Assembly: GCA_951406725.2 (NCBI GenBank)
Contig: OX597823.1
Span: forward strand, 54,870,001-54,934,000
DNA length: 64,000 nt
Origin: Octopus vulgaris
Lineage: Eukaryota
Direction of reading: 5' to 3'
The position numbers and the translations under genes are program-made. Under the pieces are notes generated by a model, which had not been told where the DNA came from, made no database searches, and worked only from the letters and a program-made list of their open reading frames with translations. This document shows, piece after piece, positions 1 through 12,839 of the stretch; position 1 is the stretch's first letter, and each line of letters starts with the position of its first letter.

Positions 1-129
1 ACAGTTGTAAACTGCTCACATTAGTAAAGTCTAATCTGTTGTAAACGTCTGGATCAGATCCACTCATAATTATTTCCCTCCTGATTGGTCACAGTACACT
101 TAAAAACAATCATGGGTACTCCATCCTGT

Positions 130-452
130 GCCATTGGCATGTAAAAGGCACTTTTCAAACTTTGGGCCTCACAGAAGCAGTGACAGGTGGCTGAGACCTT
201 TGGTGATATACCATGCTTGAAAAGACTGGTCAAGTCAAGTGAGATCATAGTTGTGGCCGATGCTGGTGTTTCATAACTGGCACCTGTGCCAGTGGTGCAT
301 AAAAATCACCCACTACACTCTTAGAGTGGTTGGTGTTGTGAAGGGCATCCAGCTGAAAAACCATGCCAAATCAGATTGAAATCTGGTGCACCTCTCCAAC
401 TGTCTAACCCATGCCAGCATGGAAAACAGACGTTAAATGATGATGATGATAA
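130..452 (+). mobile_element. Severely 5'-truncated RTE LINE relative
   Basis: actttgggcctcacagaagcagtgac..gacctttgg..gaaaagac matches the ORF2 end of 17362-19399 (LGLTEA..DLW..KT), followed by the shared 3' UTR and (GAT)n. Confidence 0.75.
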
Positions 453-498
453 TCCATTGCTTTTGCATTCACTTTCTCAATGCTGGTATCGTTAAAAG

Positions 499-725
499 CA
501 GTGGTTCTCAACCACTTTTGTCTATGGACCCTTTTGATTCCTATTTTACTCATAGCTATTCAACATTTAAAAAAAAATTTATTACATTTTTACAATTAAA
601 TATCATTAGCAATTGTATAAATAAAAATTGTAAAAATATTTTTGTGCTTTGTAGAAGTACAATCAGTTTGTTGCAGATAAACTTTAACAACAAAATCTTA
701 CGTGGACCCCAGTTGAGAACCACTG
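499..725. mobile_element. hAT-type MITE (Charlie/MER5-like termini)
   Basis: TIR cagtggttctcaac / gttgagaaccactg; 8-bp TSD gttaaaag (491-498) / gtttaaag (726-733). Confidence 0.85.
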
Positions 726-738
726 GTTTAAAGTTTAA

Positions 739-949
739 CCCTTTAGCATTTAAACTGGCCATGTCTGGTCAAATAATCCAGCTGTTTTATCTCCAAAATG
801 GCCAGATTCAGCCTCTCACACCTACTCTACGATATCATTATAAAAATAAACAATCACATCTTTGAAATCTCAAGGTAATGCATGATTAATTGAAAACAAT
901 ATGAATAAATAAGCATTGTATTCAACCGAATAATCTGAATGCTAAAGGA
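739..949 (+). mobile_element. piggyBac-type MITE
   Basis: TTAA-ccctttagcatt ... aatgctaaagga; same family as 33252-33471 in the opposite orientation. Confidence 0.75.
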
Positions 950-1039
950 TTTGACCAAACTTCTTGATGTTGCATTTTATAACTGCATAACACCAACTTT
1001 TTGTTTTCAAGTCATGTACTTTATTCCCTCCATCACAAG

Positions 1040-1488
1040 TTCCAGCCCTTGTCGCATAGTGGGTTGTGTGCATCAATGACCCTGAAAAGTATGCTAGTGG
1101 AGTGCAGGCTCTTGGTAGGGCCTCTCATGCTAGACCCAGGGCTAAATAACCACAAAAAGAGAGATTGTTACCACTAACATATGTCTTCTTTCTTCTTTAA
1201 GCCCAAAGGATAGAGCCCACACTAATACTGAACCACCTCTTTCCAGAGATAAAAATTGGATTGCATAGGGCCAGCACCATTACCTAATAAAAAGCAAAGT
1301 CACAGATGCTTTGAACACAATCCCAAACCAACAAGATCTGGGAAAGGAAGGCTTTTCTCAAGGAAACATTGGCAGGGCTGAAAAAAAAAATGCAGGGATC
1401 CAATTGGGGAGAAGTAGAAAAGACAGCCCAGAGTTAAGAACAGTGAAAAAAAAGTTGTTGATGGCCTATGCTCTATAGGGAGTGAAGA
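1040..1488 (+). mobile_element. Internally deleted (bipartite) RTE derivative: 5' UTR fused to the ORF2 3' end
   Basis: 5' part ccttgtcg..gggttgtgtgcatcaatgaccctg..tatgct..ggtagggcctctcatgc resembles RTE/Expander 5' UTRs. 3' part translates WGEVEKTAQ....KKVVDGLCSIGSEE, an RTE C-terminus. Confidence 0.55.
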
Positions 1489-1730
1489 AAAAAAAATGGC
1501 AAAGGTACCTTCTCGAGTCATACTGACTCATAAGGGTTCAGTTACCCACCTGGACAGGGAGCTAGTCTGTTGCAGGATTATTCATTTTTGGCAGCTGAGT
1601 TGACAGGAACAATGTGAAATGTGGTGTTTTGCTCAAGAACACAATGTGTCACCCGGTCCAGGAATTGAAACCACAGTCTTATGAACATGAGTCCAACACC
1701 CTAACCACTAAACCATCTATGCAGCTCCAC
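1489..1730 (-). mobile_element. tRNA-derived SINE, family B, with 14-bp TSD
   Basis: Head gtggag..tggtttagtggttagggtgttggactcat..ggtttcaattcctggaccggg; TSD atagggagtgaaga at 1475-1488 and 1731-1744. Confidence 0.8.
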
Positions 1731-1873
1731 ATAGGGAGTGAAGAGTTTAAGTAGGTAAATTTTATTAATTGTCTTTACTATGCTGAACTGCCAAACCACC
1801 AGACATTTTGTTCATGCAAAGACATCATTGCTACATAAACACATAGCTATCAAAGTAGTGTCAATATAAACAT

Positions 1874-1978
<105 letters not shown>

Positions 1979-2133
1979 TGCAGTAGGCTTCTGTAGAATT
2001 TCTACCCACCAAAATTTTACTCATGTGACACTAGTCAATCAGGCATCATAGTAGGAAACTTTTGCCCAAGGTGCCCATTCTGTGACACTGAACCTCAAAG
2101 CACATGGTTGCAAAATAAAATTCTTAACCATAT

Positions 2134-2299
2134 AGGCGCAGGAGTGGCTGTGTGGTAAGTAGCTTGCTTACCAACCACATGGTTCCGGGTTCAGTCCCAC
2201 TGCGTGGCACCTTGGGCAAGTGTCTTCTACTATAGCCTCGGGCCGACCAAAGCCTTGTGAGTGGATTTGGTAGGCGAAAACTGAAAGAAGCCCGTCGTA

Positions 2300-2339
<40 letters not shown>

Positions 2340-2555
2340 CGTGTGTGTGTGTGTGTGTTTGTCCCCCTAGCATTGCTTGACAACCGATGCTGGTGTGTTT
2401 ATGTCCCCGTCACTTAGTGGTTCGGCAAAAGAGACCGATACAATAAGTACTGGGCTTACAAAGAATAAGTCCCGAGGTTGAGTTGCTCGACTAAAGGCGG
2501 TGCTCCAGCATGGCCGCAGTCAAATGACTGAAACAAGTAAAAGAGTAAAAGAGTA
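2134..2555 (+). mobile_element. tRNA-derived SINE, family A (dominant; internal (TA)/(TG) microsatellite, (GTAAAAGA)n tail), young copy
   Basis: Head ggcgcaggagtggctgtgtggtaag..ggttcagtccc, a ccttgggcaagt segment resembling the CORE domain, and tail gaaacaagtaaaagagtaaaagag. Near-identical to the copies at 61372, 42125 and 42818. Confidence 0.9.
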
Positions 2556-2727
2556 ATATGGCTATGCATGCACCTTACAAAAGTAATTCTAAATAAAGCA
2601 TAAAGTGATAGTGGAGTATGTGACTGCTTCTTTGAAATGTATACAAGTCATGTTCTTCCATACTAGCATGGATTAGTTACATATATTATTAAGGTATTAT
2701 TTTATAGCCTGATAACCTTTTTTCCTT

Positions 2728-3058
2728 GTGAAGACACATGGCTCAGTGGTTACAGTGTTAGGCTCACATTTATGAGGTGGTGAGTTTGATTCCTGGACTG
2801 GGCTCTGTGTTGTGTTCTTGTGCAAAACACTTTATTTCACATTGCTCCAGTTTACTCAGCTGTAGAAATGATTTGCGATGTCACTGTATTGGCCTTTGCC
2901 TTTCCCTTGGATAACATCATTGGCATGGAGAGTGGAGGCTGGTATGCATGGGCGACTGCTGGTCTTCCATAAATAACCTTACTGGACTTGTGCCATGGAG
3001 GGCAACTTTCTAGGTGCAACTGCATGGTCATTCATGACTGAAGGGGGCCTTTATACTT
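2728..3058 (+). mobile_element. SINE family B-related copy
   Basis: tRNA-like head tggctcagtggtta..gagtttgattcctgg, then gtgttcttg.gcaaaacactttatttcacattgctccag. Confidence 0.75.
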
Positions 3059-3239
3059 TCTGATGCCCATTTTCCCATGTAAGGCATCCAAATGCAAAGG
3101 CAGCAGATTATTTGTTGACATTGGAAATGTCAACAACATTACCACATGTATACAGCAACAATTTTCAGTGAAGCTAAAAACACAAAGAAACAAGCGCAGG
3201 TAGGCAATGCCCTCACCCACAAAATTTACACATGTATGA

Positions 3240-3283
<44 letters not shown>

Positions 3284-3440
3284 TTGAAAACCCCACTGGA
3301 ATGGGAGAAAGTGCTAATAATCTGAATGATATGATCTGAATGATATGATCTGAATGATATGATATATATATGTAAAAAATGTAATATATAAATAAATATC
3401 TATAAACATGAACCATCCGATCTTCTGATTACCTCATTTC

Positions 3441-3475
<35 letters not shown>

Positions 3476-3478
<3 letters not shown>

Positions 3479-4090
3479 TCAGCATCTAACATGTGACTTC
3501 CATGCTGGCATGGAAGGGATGGTTTGACAGGAGCTGGCATGGCCAGGAGCCACACCAGGTTCCATAGTCTGTTTTGACATGGTTTCTACAGTTTGATGCC
3601 CTTCCTAATGCTAACCATTTTACAGAGTTCACAGGGTGCTTTTTATGTGGAACCATTACTACTGCTTTTTATATGGCACAAGCACCAGTGCCTCTTATGT
3701 GGTTCCAGCACCAGTTCTTTATACATGGCACCAGCACCAGTGCTTTTTATGTGACACCATCACCAGTACCATTTATGTGGCACCAGCATCAGTGTGTTTT
3801 TACACGGCACCCGCACTAATCCTTTTATGTGGAACTAGTACCAATGCTTTTTATGTGCCATCTTAGTGCTTAGCATGGCCATTGCCAGTACCGTCTGACT
3901 GGCCCTCGTGCCGGTGGCATGTAAAAGCACCCACTACACTCTCGGAGTGGTTGGCGTTAGGAAGGGCATCTAGCTGTAGAAACTCTGCCAGATCAGATTG
4001 GAGTCTGGTGCAGCCATCTGGTTCGCCAGACCTCAGTCAAATCGTCCAACCCATGCTAGCTTGGAAAGTGGACGTTAAACAATGATGATG
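3476..4090. mobile_element. Two head-to-head RTE 3'-UTR-derived elements, the left one with a minisatellite array
   Basis: 3476-3862 (-) with repeated gtgcttttatgtggcaccagcacca; 3873-4090 (+) matches 19190-19385. Confidence 0.75.
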
Positions 4091-4167
4091 GTGGTCTTCT
4101 AGTTTCGATCTACCAAATCTATTCACAAGACATTCGCTCACTTAGGATACATTCATATGTGTGTATA

Positions 4168-4218
<51 letters not shown>

Positions 4219-4332
4219 ATGTGTGTGTGCACATGCATGCATGTATGTGTATTCTAGTTTGTCTACAAAAGGAGAAGGCAGTATTCATTTTTCTTGCATC
4301 TCGTGATTCTTGCCAATATAATGTTTTTGTTG

Positions 4333-4382
4333 TTCATATCTGAAGACCATGGGTGTCATGAAATACAAAGTATAAGAAGAAA
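4333..4382 (+). ncRNA. Degenerate hammerhead-like motif
   Basis: CTGAAGA-ccATGggtgtCAT-GAAA-TACaaaGTATA: intact core and 4-bp stem III, but stem I is weak. Confidence 0.4.
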
Positions 4383-4428
4383 AATTTATTTTGATATATC
4401 ATAATCATGAACATCATTATTACTGTTG

Positions 4429-4476
<48 letters not shown>

Positions 4477-4719
4477 CATTTTTATCTGTGTTTTTTTTCC
4501 AAGGCAATATTGAATGTCATTTGCCCTTTCTGGTGCCAGACTGCTATTTATTTTCAAATAAGTTTCTGCTTATTCAAATGGTCTTTGCATACTGAATGAC
4601 TAAAAAGAGGTGTTTTTGTTTACAGGAAATGTAAATAAAAATTGTTGATGCCAATGTGAAAATACACAGAGACTAATACACACACACACACATACAGACA
4701 CACATACACACGTACACAT

Positions 4720-5190
4720 ACATCATCAGCATCGTTTAATGTCTGCTTTCCATGCTGTCATGGTTTGGATAGTTTGACAGGAGCTGGCAAGCTGGAGTGT
4801 TGCATGAGACTCCAGTTGCCTGATTTGGCATAGTTCTCAAGGCTGGATGTCATTCCAGGTGCCAACCGCTTTACTGAGTATACTGGTTGCTTTTTACATG
4901 GCAGCAGTACAAGTGTTCTTTACACGGCACCAGCACAGGTGCTTTTTGTGTGGCACCAGCACAGGTGCTTTTTACATGGCACCAGTGCAGGTGCTTTTTA
5001 CAAGGCACTAACATAAGTGTCTTTTGCATGGTACCATCACAGGTCTTTTCTACATGACAGCAGCACAGGTGTTCTTTACAAGGCACTAGCACAACTGCTT
5101 TTTGTGTGGCACCAGCAACAGGTGTTATTTATGTGGCACCAGTACAGGTGTTTTTTTACATGGTACCAACACCGGTGCTTTTATGTGACT
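4720..5190 (-). mobile_element. RTE 3'-UTR-derived element with minisatellite array
   Basis: (ATC)n tail at 4720 and tandem caggtgctttttacatggcaccagca units at 4885-5190. Confidence 0.75.
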
Positions 5191-5471
5191 TCATACAAAC
5201 TCCTCAAAACACACATATCACTCTCACACATTGATGGGCTTATGAATGGCTTCCCGTCCAAGAATTTGTTTCTTGCATTGATGTGATACTACAAGCAATT
5301 GAACCTGAAACCATGAAGTGAACTTCATAAGCACACAGCTGTGTCAAGGCTCGTGGAGCTAATTCTGGATAAAGAATTTGAAGTTTGAGTTCAATTCATT
5401 TGAACATTACTAGGTATTTTCTATACTGAGCATGTCTAGCTCTCACTTATTGTCTCTCTGTCTATCTGTAA

Positions 5472-5502
<31 letters not shown>

Positions 5503-6550
5503 TGTATACACACGCAAGTGCATGCACGCACACACATACATATATACATACATACATACATACATACATACATACATACATACATACATGCAATCATACA
5601 TACATGCATACATACATACATACATACATACATACATACATACATACATGCAATCATACATACATACATACATACATACATACATACATACAAAAATAAC
5701 CTGTTGTTGATGTTGATATTTTAATGAAGGTGTCTTGGGCCTAGGTTAGAAACTGGCTCATTCTCTATCGGCAACAAATCTTGAAATAAAACTGAACAAT
5801 CACATACATACATACATACCTACCTACCTACCTACCTACGTATGTACGTATGTACATAAATCCATCCATCCATCCATCCATCCATCCATCCATCCATCTA
5901 TCCATACATCCATACATACATACATACATACATACATACATACATACATGTAACACACTGCCTAAATACCAATCTTGAGAAATTAGGCTTCTCAAAGCCA
6001 GAAAGGAGAAAGCTAATTTGAAGACTACAGATTCAATCCATCACTGGAACTGTAAAAATCTGTAAAACTATCAAGAAGTTTATCATTTACGTATATATGG
6101 CGTTAGGAAGAGTATTTGGCATTAGGAAGGGCATCAAGCTGTAGAAACATTGCCAGATAAGACTGGAGCCTGGTGCAGCCTTCTGGCTTCCCAGATCCCT
6201 GGTCGAACCGTCCAACCCATGCTAGCATGGGGAACGGACGTTAAACGATGATGATGTTGATGATGATGATGATGTGCATGTGTAGATATGTAACTATATG
6301 CATGAGAATACATACATAAAACATGAGAATACATACATAAAACAAAACATACAAATCTGCACATATACATACATACATACATACATACATACATACATAC
6401 ATTCATACATACATACATACATACATACATACGTAAATGCATAACATATCATTTAAGGATATATGAGCATGTCTAGACATGCAACCATATGCATGAGAAT
6501 GCATACATAAATCAAAACATACAAATCTTCACATATACATACATACATGC

Positions 6551-6655
6551 AAAATACCCTGTTGTTGATGTTGAAATTCCAGTGAAGAAATTCATTGGAT
6601 CTAGGTTAGAAACTGGCTCTTGGCAAGAAATCTTGAAATAAAACTGAATAATGAC
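6551..6655 (+). repeat. ~100-bp repeat embedded in (CATA)n (copies 5692-5803 +, 38772-38880 -)
   Basis: aaaataccctgttgttgatgttgaaattcc..ctaggttagaaactgg..aagaaatcttgaaataaaactgaa in all three copies. Confidence 0.75.
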
Positions 6656-6704
6656 ATACATGCATACATACATACATACATACATACATACATACATACA
6701 TACA

Positions 6705-6737
<33 letters not shown>

Positions 6738-6787
6738 GCAACATTGTTATCATCATCATAATCATCCTCCTCCTCATCATCATTATC

Positions 6788-6832
<45 letters not shown>

Positions 6833-6844
6833 GTCAACAATTAT

Positions 6845-6889
6845 TCTGTGCTGATGAAAAGAAATAACCCAGAAATCACGATACACAGA
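6845..6889 (+). ncRNA. Type I hammerhead ribozyme-like motif
   Basis: TCTGTG-CTGATGA-(aaagaaataaccca)-GAAA-TCACGATA-CACAGA: perfect 6-bp stem I, intact core, ATC/GAT stem III; stem II is degraded. Confidence 0.6.
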
Positions 6890-7323
6890 TATTGTTTTGA
6901 GCTGAGTGGGGGTGCTAGGTTCCCTTGTTCGAAAATATAAGGACACAGATTGTGTCGTATAACCAGCTGGAGACGATGTGTCCTAGGGCTAAATTACAGC
7001 AACATTAGTCCTAAACCAGGACTACCATGTTATGTTGGCAAACAATCTTTACTACATTGTCATCATTATTTTATCATTTAGTTTTCCATGCTAGCATGGA
7101 TTAGATGGAATTTGTTGAAGCAGATTTTCTATGACCATATGTCCTTCCTGTTTTCATTGCTTACCCTCACCTGCTTCCAAGTCAGGTAATATTTCCCCAT
7201 GGTCAGACACATTCTCACAGAAAATCAGAAATGAGGGACACTGTTTATATGGTAGTGGTATTTATTTACAACCACATGATGACAAGACAAGGAGACAGTA
7301 ATTCACTCACTCACACATGCACA

Positions 7324-7405
<82 letters not shown>

Positions 7406-7469
7406 TACAGAGTTAAGCCAGTCTGACAGTGAAACTTCAAAGTCACTGTCAACAATATTCTTGTTTCAG

Positions 7470-7874
7470 AATGACATGACTGTGTAGTAAGAAACTTGCT
7501 TCTCAACCTCATGTTTCCAGGTTCAGTCCCTCTGTGTGGCACCTTGGGCAAGTGTTTTCTACTATAGCCCCGAGCTGACGAAAGCCTTATGAGTGGATTT
7601 GGTAGACGGAATCTGAAAGAAGCCCATCATATATATGTATCTATGTGCATATGTCTTTGCATCTGCATTTGTCCCCCCACCACTGCTTGACAACCGATGT
7701 TAGTGTGTTTACATCCCTGTTACTTAGTGGTTCAGCAAAAGTGACCAATAGAATAAGTACTAGGCTTACAAAGAATAAGTTCCGGGGTCAATGTCTTTGA
7801 CTAAAAACCCTTTAAAACAGTGCTCTAGCATGGTTACAGTCAAATGACTGAAACAAGTAGAAGAATAAAAGAAT
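7470..7874 (+). mobile_element. SINE family A copy (followed by an inverted partial copy ~7885-8040)
   Basis: Colinear with 2134-2555. Confidence 0.8.
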
Positions 7875-8292
7875 ATATATATATGATGGGCTTCTTTCTG
7901 TTTCCATAGTCCAGACCCACTAACAAGACTTCATTTGGCCCTGGGCTATAGTAGAACACAATTGCTCAAGGTGTCACACAGTAGGTTTGAACCTGAATCC
8001 ATGTGGTTGAGAAGGAAACTTCTTTTGCAGACAGCCACATCAGCATCTATTATGTGTGTGTGTGTGTGTGTGCAATGTATCTGATTGTTTATTAGTTTCC
8101 GCCTACGTCTATTTCTAATTTTACATGAGTGTTGGGGGTGAGACTTCATAGAGCAGTAGTATTTCTAAATATATACATCCATAAATACATATACATGCTT
8201 ACAATACATACATACATATGTACATACATACATATATATGTGCATATATTTATACATATACTTATATATATACATACATACATATATATATA

Positions 8293-8330
<38 letters not shown>

Positions 8331-8466
8331 CATACACACACACACATATGTATATACACACATACATATATACACATACATATACACACATACATATATA
8401 TATACACATATATATATATGTGTATTATGTGTGTGTATATATATATATATGTATGTATACACACAC

Positions 8467-8515
<49 letters not shown>

Positions 8516-8580
8516 GTATGTATATATATATATATGTATATATATATGATATATGTATTATGTATATATATATATATATG

Positions 8581-8633
<53 letters not shown>

Positions 8634-8679
8634 GATATATGTATTATTTATATATATATATATATTTATATATTTATGA

Positions 8680-8723
<44 letters not shown>

Positions 8724-9869
8724 TAAGTATATATAAGTAGGTCAGAGAATGGTATTGATTCAGAAGGACCATACCATGCAGTTGGTTTCAGATTAGTTTA
8801 GTTTTTAGATATATTGATTGTAGCTGTGGTTGTATGGCTGCTTCAGGGAGACCACCGACCTTCTATTTGTATTGTATTCTATTCTACCAATCTGACTGCT
8901 GATACCAATAGGTGACAGTAGTAGTAGTAGTGGAGGTGGTGGTGGTGGTAGTGGTTGAGATTGTGTTGGTGATGGTGGTAGTAGCTGTGGATGTGTTGCT
9001 ACTAGTAGTGGTTTTGTTAGTAATGATTGTGGTGGTGGTGGTGGTAGTTGGTGGTTGTGGTGGTGATGATACTTGTGGTATGGAGGTGGTAGTGGTTGTG
9101 GTGGGGTTGGTTGCGGTGGTGATGGTGGTGATGATAGTTGTGGTGTGGTGGTAGTGGTGGTTGTGGTGGTGGTGTTGGTGGTAGTGGTGGTTGTGGTGGT
9201 GGTGTTAGCAGTAGCATTAGCAACAGTAGTGATGGTGTTAGTTTTGGCAATTGTCGTGGTGGTGATCGTGTGCTTGTAGTTGTAGTATCTGTACTAGTGT
9301 TTGTGGTGATTGTGGTGATCATGGTGGTGGTGGTAGGACTTGCTGTGTGGAGTGTTGGTGACAATACTGTTGGCTTTAGTGGTAGTAGTAATGATAATGA
9401 TGGTAGTGGTGGTGGTGGTGGTTGTGGTGGTGGTGGGGGTTGTGGTGGTGGTGATGGTGGTTGTGGTGGTGATGATAGTTGTGGTGGTGGTGGTGGTAGC
9501 AGTGGTAGCAGTGGTGGTGGTGGTGATGGTGGTTGTGCTGGTGATGATAGTTGTGGTGGTAGTAGTGGTGGTTGTGGTGGTTAATGTTAGTAATAATGGA
9601 AGTGGGGAAAATATTAGTGGTGGTGATGGTGGTGCTGCTGTTGTTGATGGTGATAACAGTGATGACAAAGGTTTAATTATTGTTTGTAATCTTATCATTC
9701 TTTTATCTTTCAATTATTTCAGTCAGTACACAGAGGCCATGCTGGGGCACTGCCTTGAAGGGGATGCAAACACTCCAACATGAATTGTCAAATGGTGATG
9801 GGGAACAAACATTGACACAAAGACACAGACATACACACACAATCTGTATACATATATTGTATGTGTTTG

Positions 9870-9927
<58 letters not shown>

Positions 9928-10030
9928 ATAAATCTATCTTTCTATCTATCTATACATATATATACACACACAAACACACACACATATATATATAAATGTA
10001 CATGTATATATATGTATATCTATCTATCTC

Positions 10031-10137
<107 letters not shown>

Positions 10138-10230
10138 GTATGTATATATGTATGTATATATATATATATATATATGTAAGTATATCGTTTGCTGTGCATG
10201 TATATATCTGTATTTATGTACCCTTGATAT

Positions 10231-10290
10231 ATTCAATTGATGACGGTAAAGCTTATCTAAAGCAGAACCAGAAATCCTTGGATCTTGAAT
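10231..10290 (+). ncRNA. Type I hammerhead ribozyme-like motif (C3U variant)
   Basis: ATTCAA-TTGATGA-CGGT...ACCA-GAAA-TCCttGGATC-TTGAAT: 6-bp stem I, 4-bp stem III, AUC triplet. It lies in a ~300-bp unique segment between (TA)n tracts. Confidence 0.6.
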
Positions 10291-10528
10291 TATTCAATAA
10301 TTTTTGCTTGTATGTTTTGTCCCTCCGCTTTACCTCATGGTGCGACTTGAACATTTAACGTGGTACTATAGCCAGTGTTTCGACTGCTACTTCGGCATGT
10401 TGGTGTCTTTTAGACACCCTCATTTTTAATTGTTAAAAATTTTTTTTACCTTTGTAAGGTATTTCTTTCATGCTGGCCACTTTATAATTTCGACACTTAA
10501 ATATCGATATTATCCTCATATATAAATT

Positions 10529-10564
<36 letters not shown>

Positions 10565-10635
10565 CATATATATATATATGTATATACATATATACATGCA
10601 CATATATATATATACATACATGTATATATACATAC

Positions 10636-10718
<83 letters not shown>

Positions 10719-10719
10719 C

Positions 10720-10770
<51 letters not shown>

Positions 10771-11539
10771 ATGGGCTTCTTTCAGTTTCCGTCCATTAAA
10801 CCACCAAATCCACTCACAAGACTTTGGCAGGCCTAAGGCTATAGTAGAAACACTTGCCCAAGGTGTCATGTAGTATGACTGTACCTGGCACCAAGTGGTT
10901 GGGAAGCAAATTTCTTACCACACAGTCACCCCTGTGCCTATCCATTATTACCTCTAACCGGGCAGCCCCATATTCAAAGGCATTCCAGTTATGACCATCT
11001 CACCTTTTCATTGATATGCAGGACTGGACTACATTAGCTGAATGTGTCATTTTTTTTTTACTTAAGGTGTTAAAGTGAGATTTGAGGGTGATGTGGCTCA
11101 TATTTCCAGCAGATTGAGCAACCATGTAGGGGTCATATGTTGGTGTTGATGATGCCGATGTTGGTGTTGATGGTGGTGGAAATTATTGATATGTTGGTTA
11201 TGGTGATGGCAACAATGAAGGTAGTTACCATGGAAACAATATTAGCGGTAGTGGTGGTGGTGGTGATGGTATGATGGAGACAGTAATTGTAAAAGAGCAT
11301 TATTGGTAGTGTTGTCGTTGTTGGTGGTGGTGGTGGTAGTGGTTGAGACCATAGTAGAAGTTATGGTTAGGGTTGCAGTAGTGGTAGTAGTAACACAGGA
11401 AGTAGTCATTGTAGTATTGATGTTAAAGGTGATGGAGATGGTTGTAACACTGAATGTTTGGGTTGTTGTAGTAGTAGTAGTGGTGGTGGTGGTGGTGGTG
11501 GTGGTGGTTATAGTGGTAGTAGTAGTGGTGGTGATGGTG

Positions 11540-11581
<42 letters not shown>

Positions 11582-11625
11582 TAGTGCTGGTGGTTGTTGT
11601 TGTGGTGGTGGTGGTAGTAGCAGTG

Positions 11626-11661
<36 letters not shown>

Positions 11662-11749
11662 ATGGGGGTGGTTGTAGTGATGGTGGTGGTGGTGGTGGTG
11701 GTGGCAGTAGAGAGGTGGTTGTCATGGAAACAGTATTAGTAATGTTGTT

Positions 11750-12078
11750 GTGAAGGTACATGGCTTAGTGATTAGGGCATTCAGTTCGCGATCATAAGGT
11801 TATGAGTTTGATTCCCAGTGGTGCACTGTGTCCTTGAGCAAGACCCTTTATTTCACATTATTCTTGTCCACTCAACTGACAACATTGAGTTGTACCTGTA
11901 ATTCAAACGGTCAGCTTTGACTCATTCAGTGTATCATGCTGAATTTCCCTGAGAACTATGTTAGGGGTACACGTGTCTGTGGAGTGCTCGGCCACTTGTA
12001 CATTAATTTCACGAGCAGGCTATTCTATTGATCAGATCAATCAGAACCCTCATCATCATAACCGATGGAGTACCAGTT
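11750..12078 (+). mobile_element. SINE family B-related copy (inverted relative at 37490-37825)
   Basis: Same head and body; 3' part colinear with the reverse complement of 37490-37825. Confidence 0.75.
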
Positions 12079-12839
12079 ATTAGTGATCATGGTTAGGTTA
12101 GACGTTGAGGTTGTGGTGCAGTGGTGGTTGCGATGATGGTGATTATGGTGATGGTGTATAGAGATATGGAAGCAGTATTTTTAGTGAGGGATGATTGTGG
12201 TTGTAATAATGACAATGATGATTATGATGATGATGCTGATGATGATGATGCGGATGATGATGATACAGATGTTGATGATGACAACAATGATGTTGATGAT
12301 GATGACAATGATGATAGTAATGATGATGATGGTGATGATGACGTTGATGACGACATTGACGATTGTGATGATAATGATGATGATGATGATGATGGTGATG
12401 ATAATTATGTTGATGGTGATGACAATGTGGATGATGATGACGATAGTGATGATGATGATGTTGATGACGACGATGATGGTGATGATGATGATGACGATGA
12501 CGACAATGATGACATCGACAACAACAACAATGACAATGATGATGATGATTATGATAATGATGACAATGAAGATGATGATGTAGTGGTTCAAGATATAGCT
12601 CAGATGGAGTCAGTTTGGGGTTTTTTATTATGGTGACAGGGAAAAGTTGATGCTGACAAAATGTTAGAAGGTGGCTTTTATAATCTGAAAGAATGGACAA
12701 AATACAACTAAAGTTTACAGAAAAGTTTTCAAGTGGTACCCTCTGACATATTTCCATATCATCTCTTTTTTTCCAGCTTTAGTAGAAAAAAGAAAAGGTG
12801 ATATGTGTATCTTATCTACAGCCAGACACCATGTGTCTT

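Noticed and set aside
3636-3862. Regularly repeated ~24-bp units resembling a CRISPR array (also 4885-5190, 31235-31402)
   Set aside because: No unique spacers, eukaryotic context, and the unit derives from the RTE 3' UTR.
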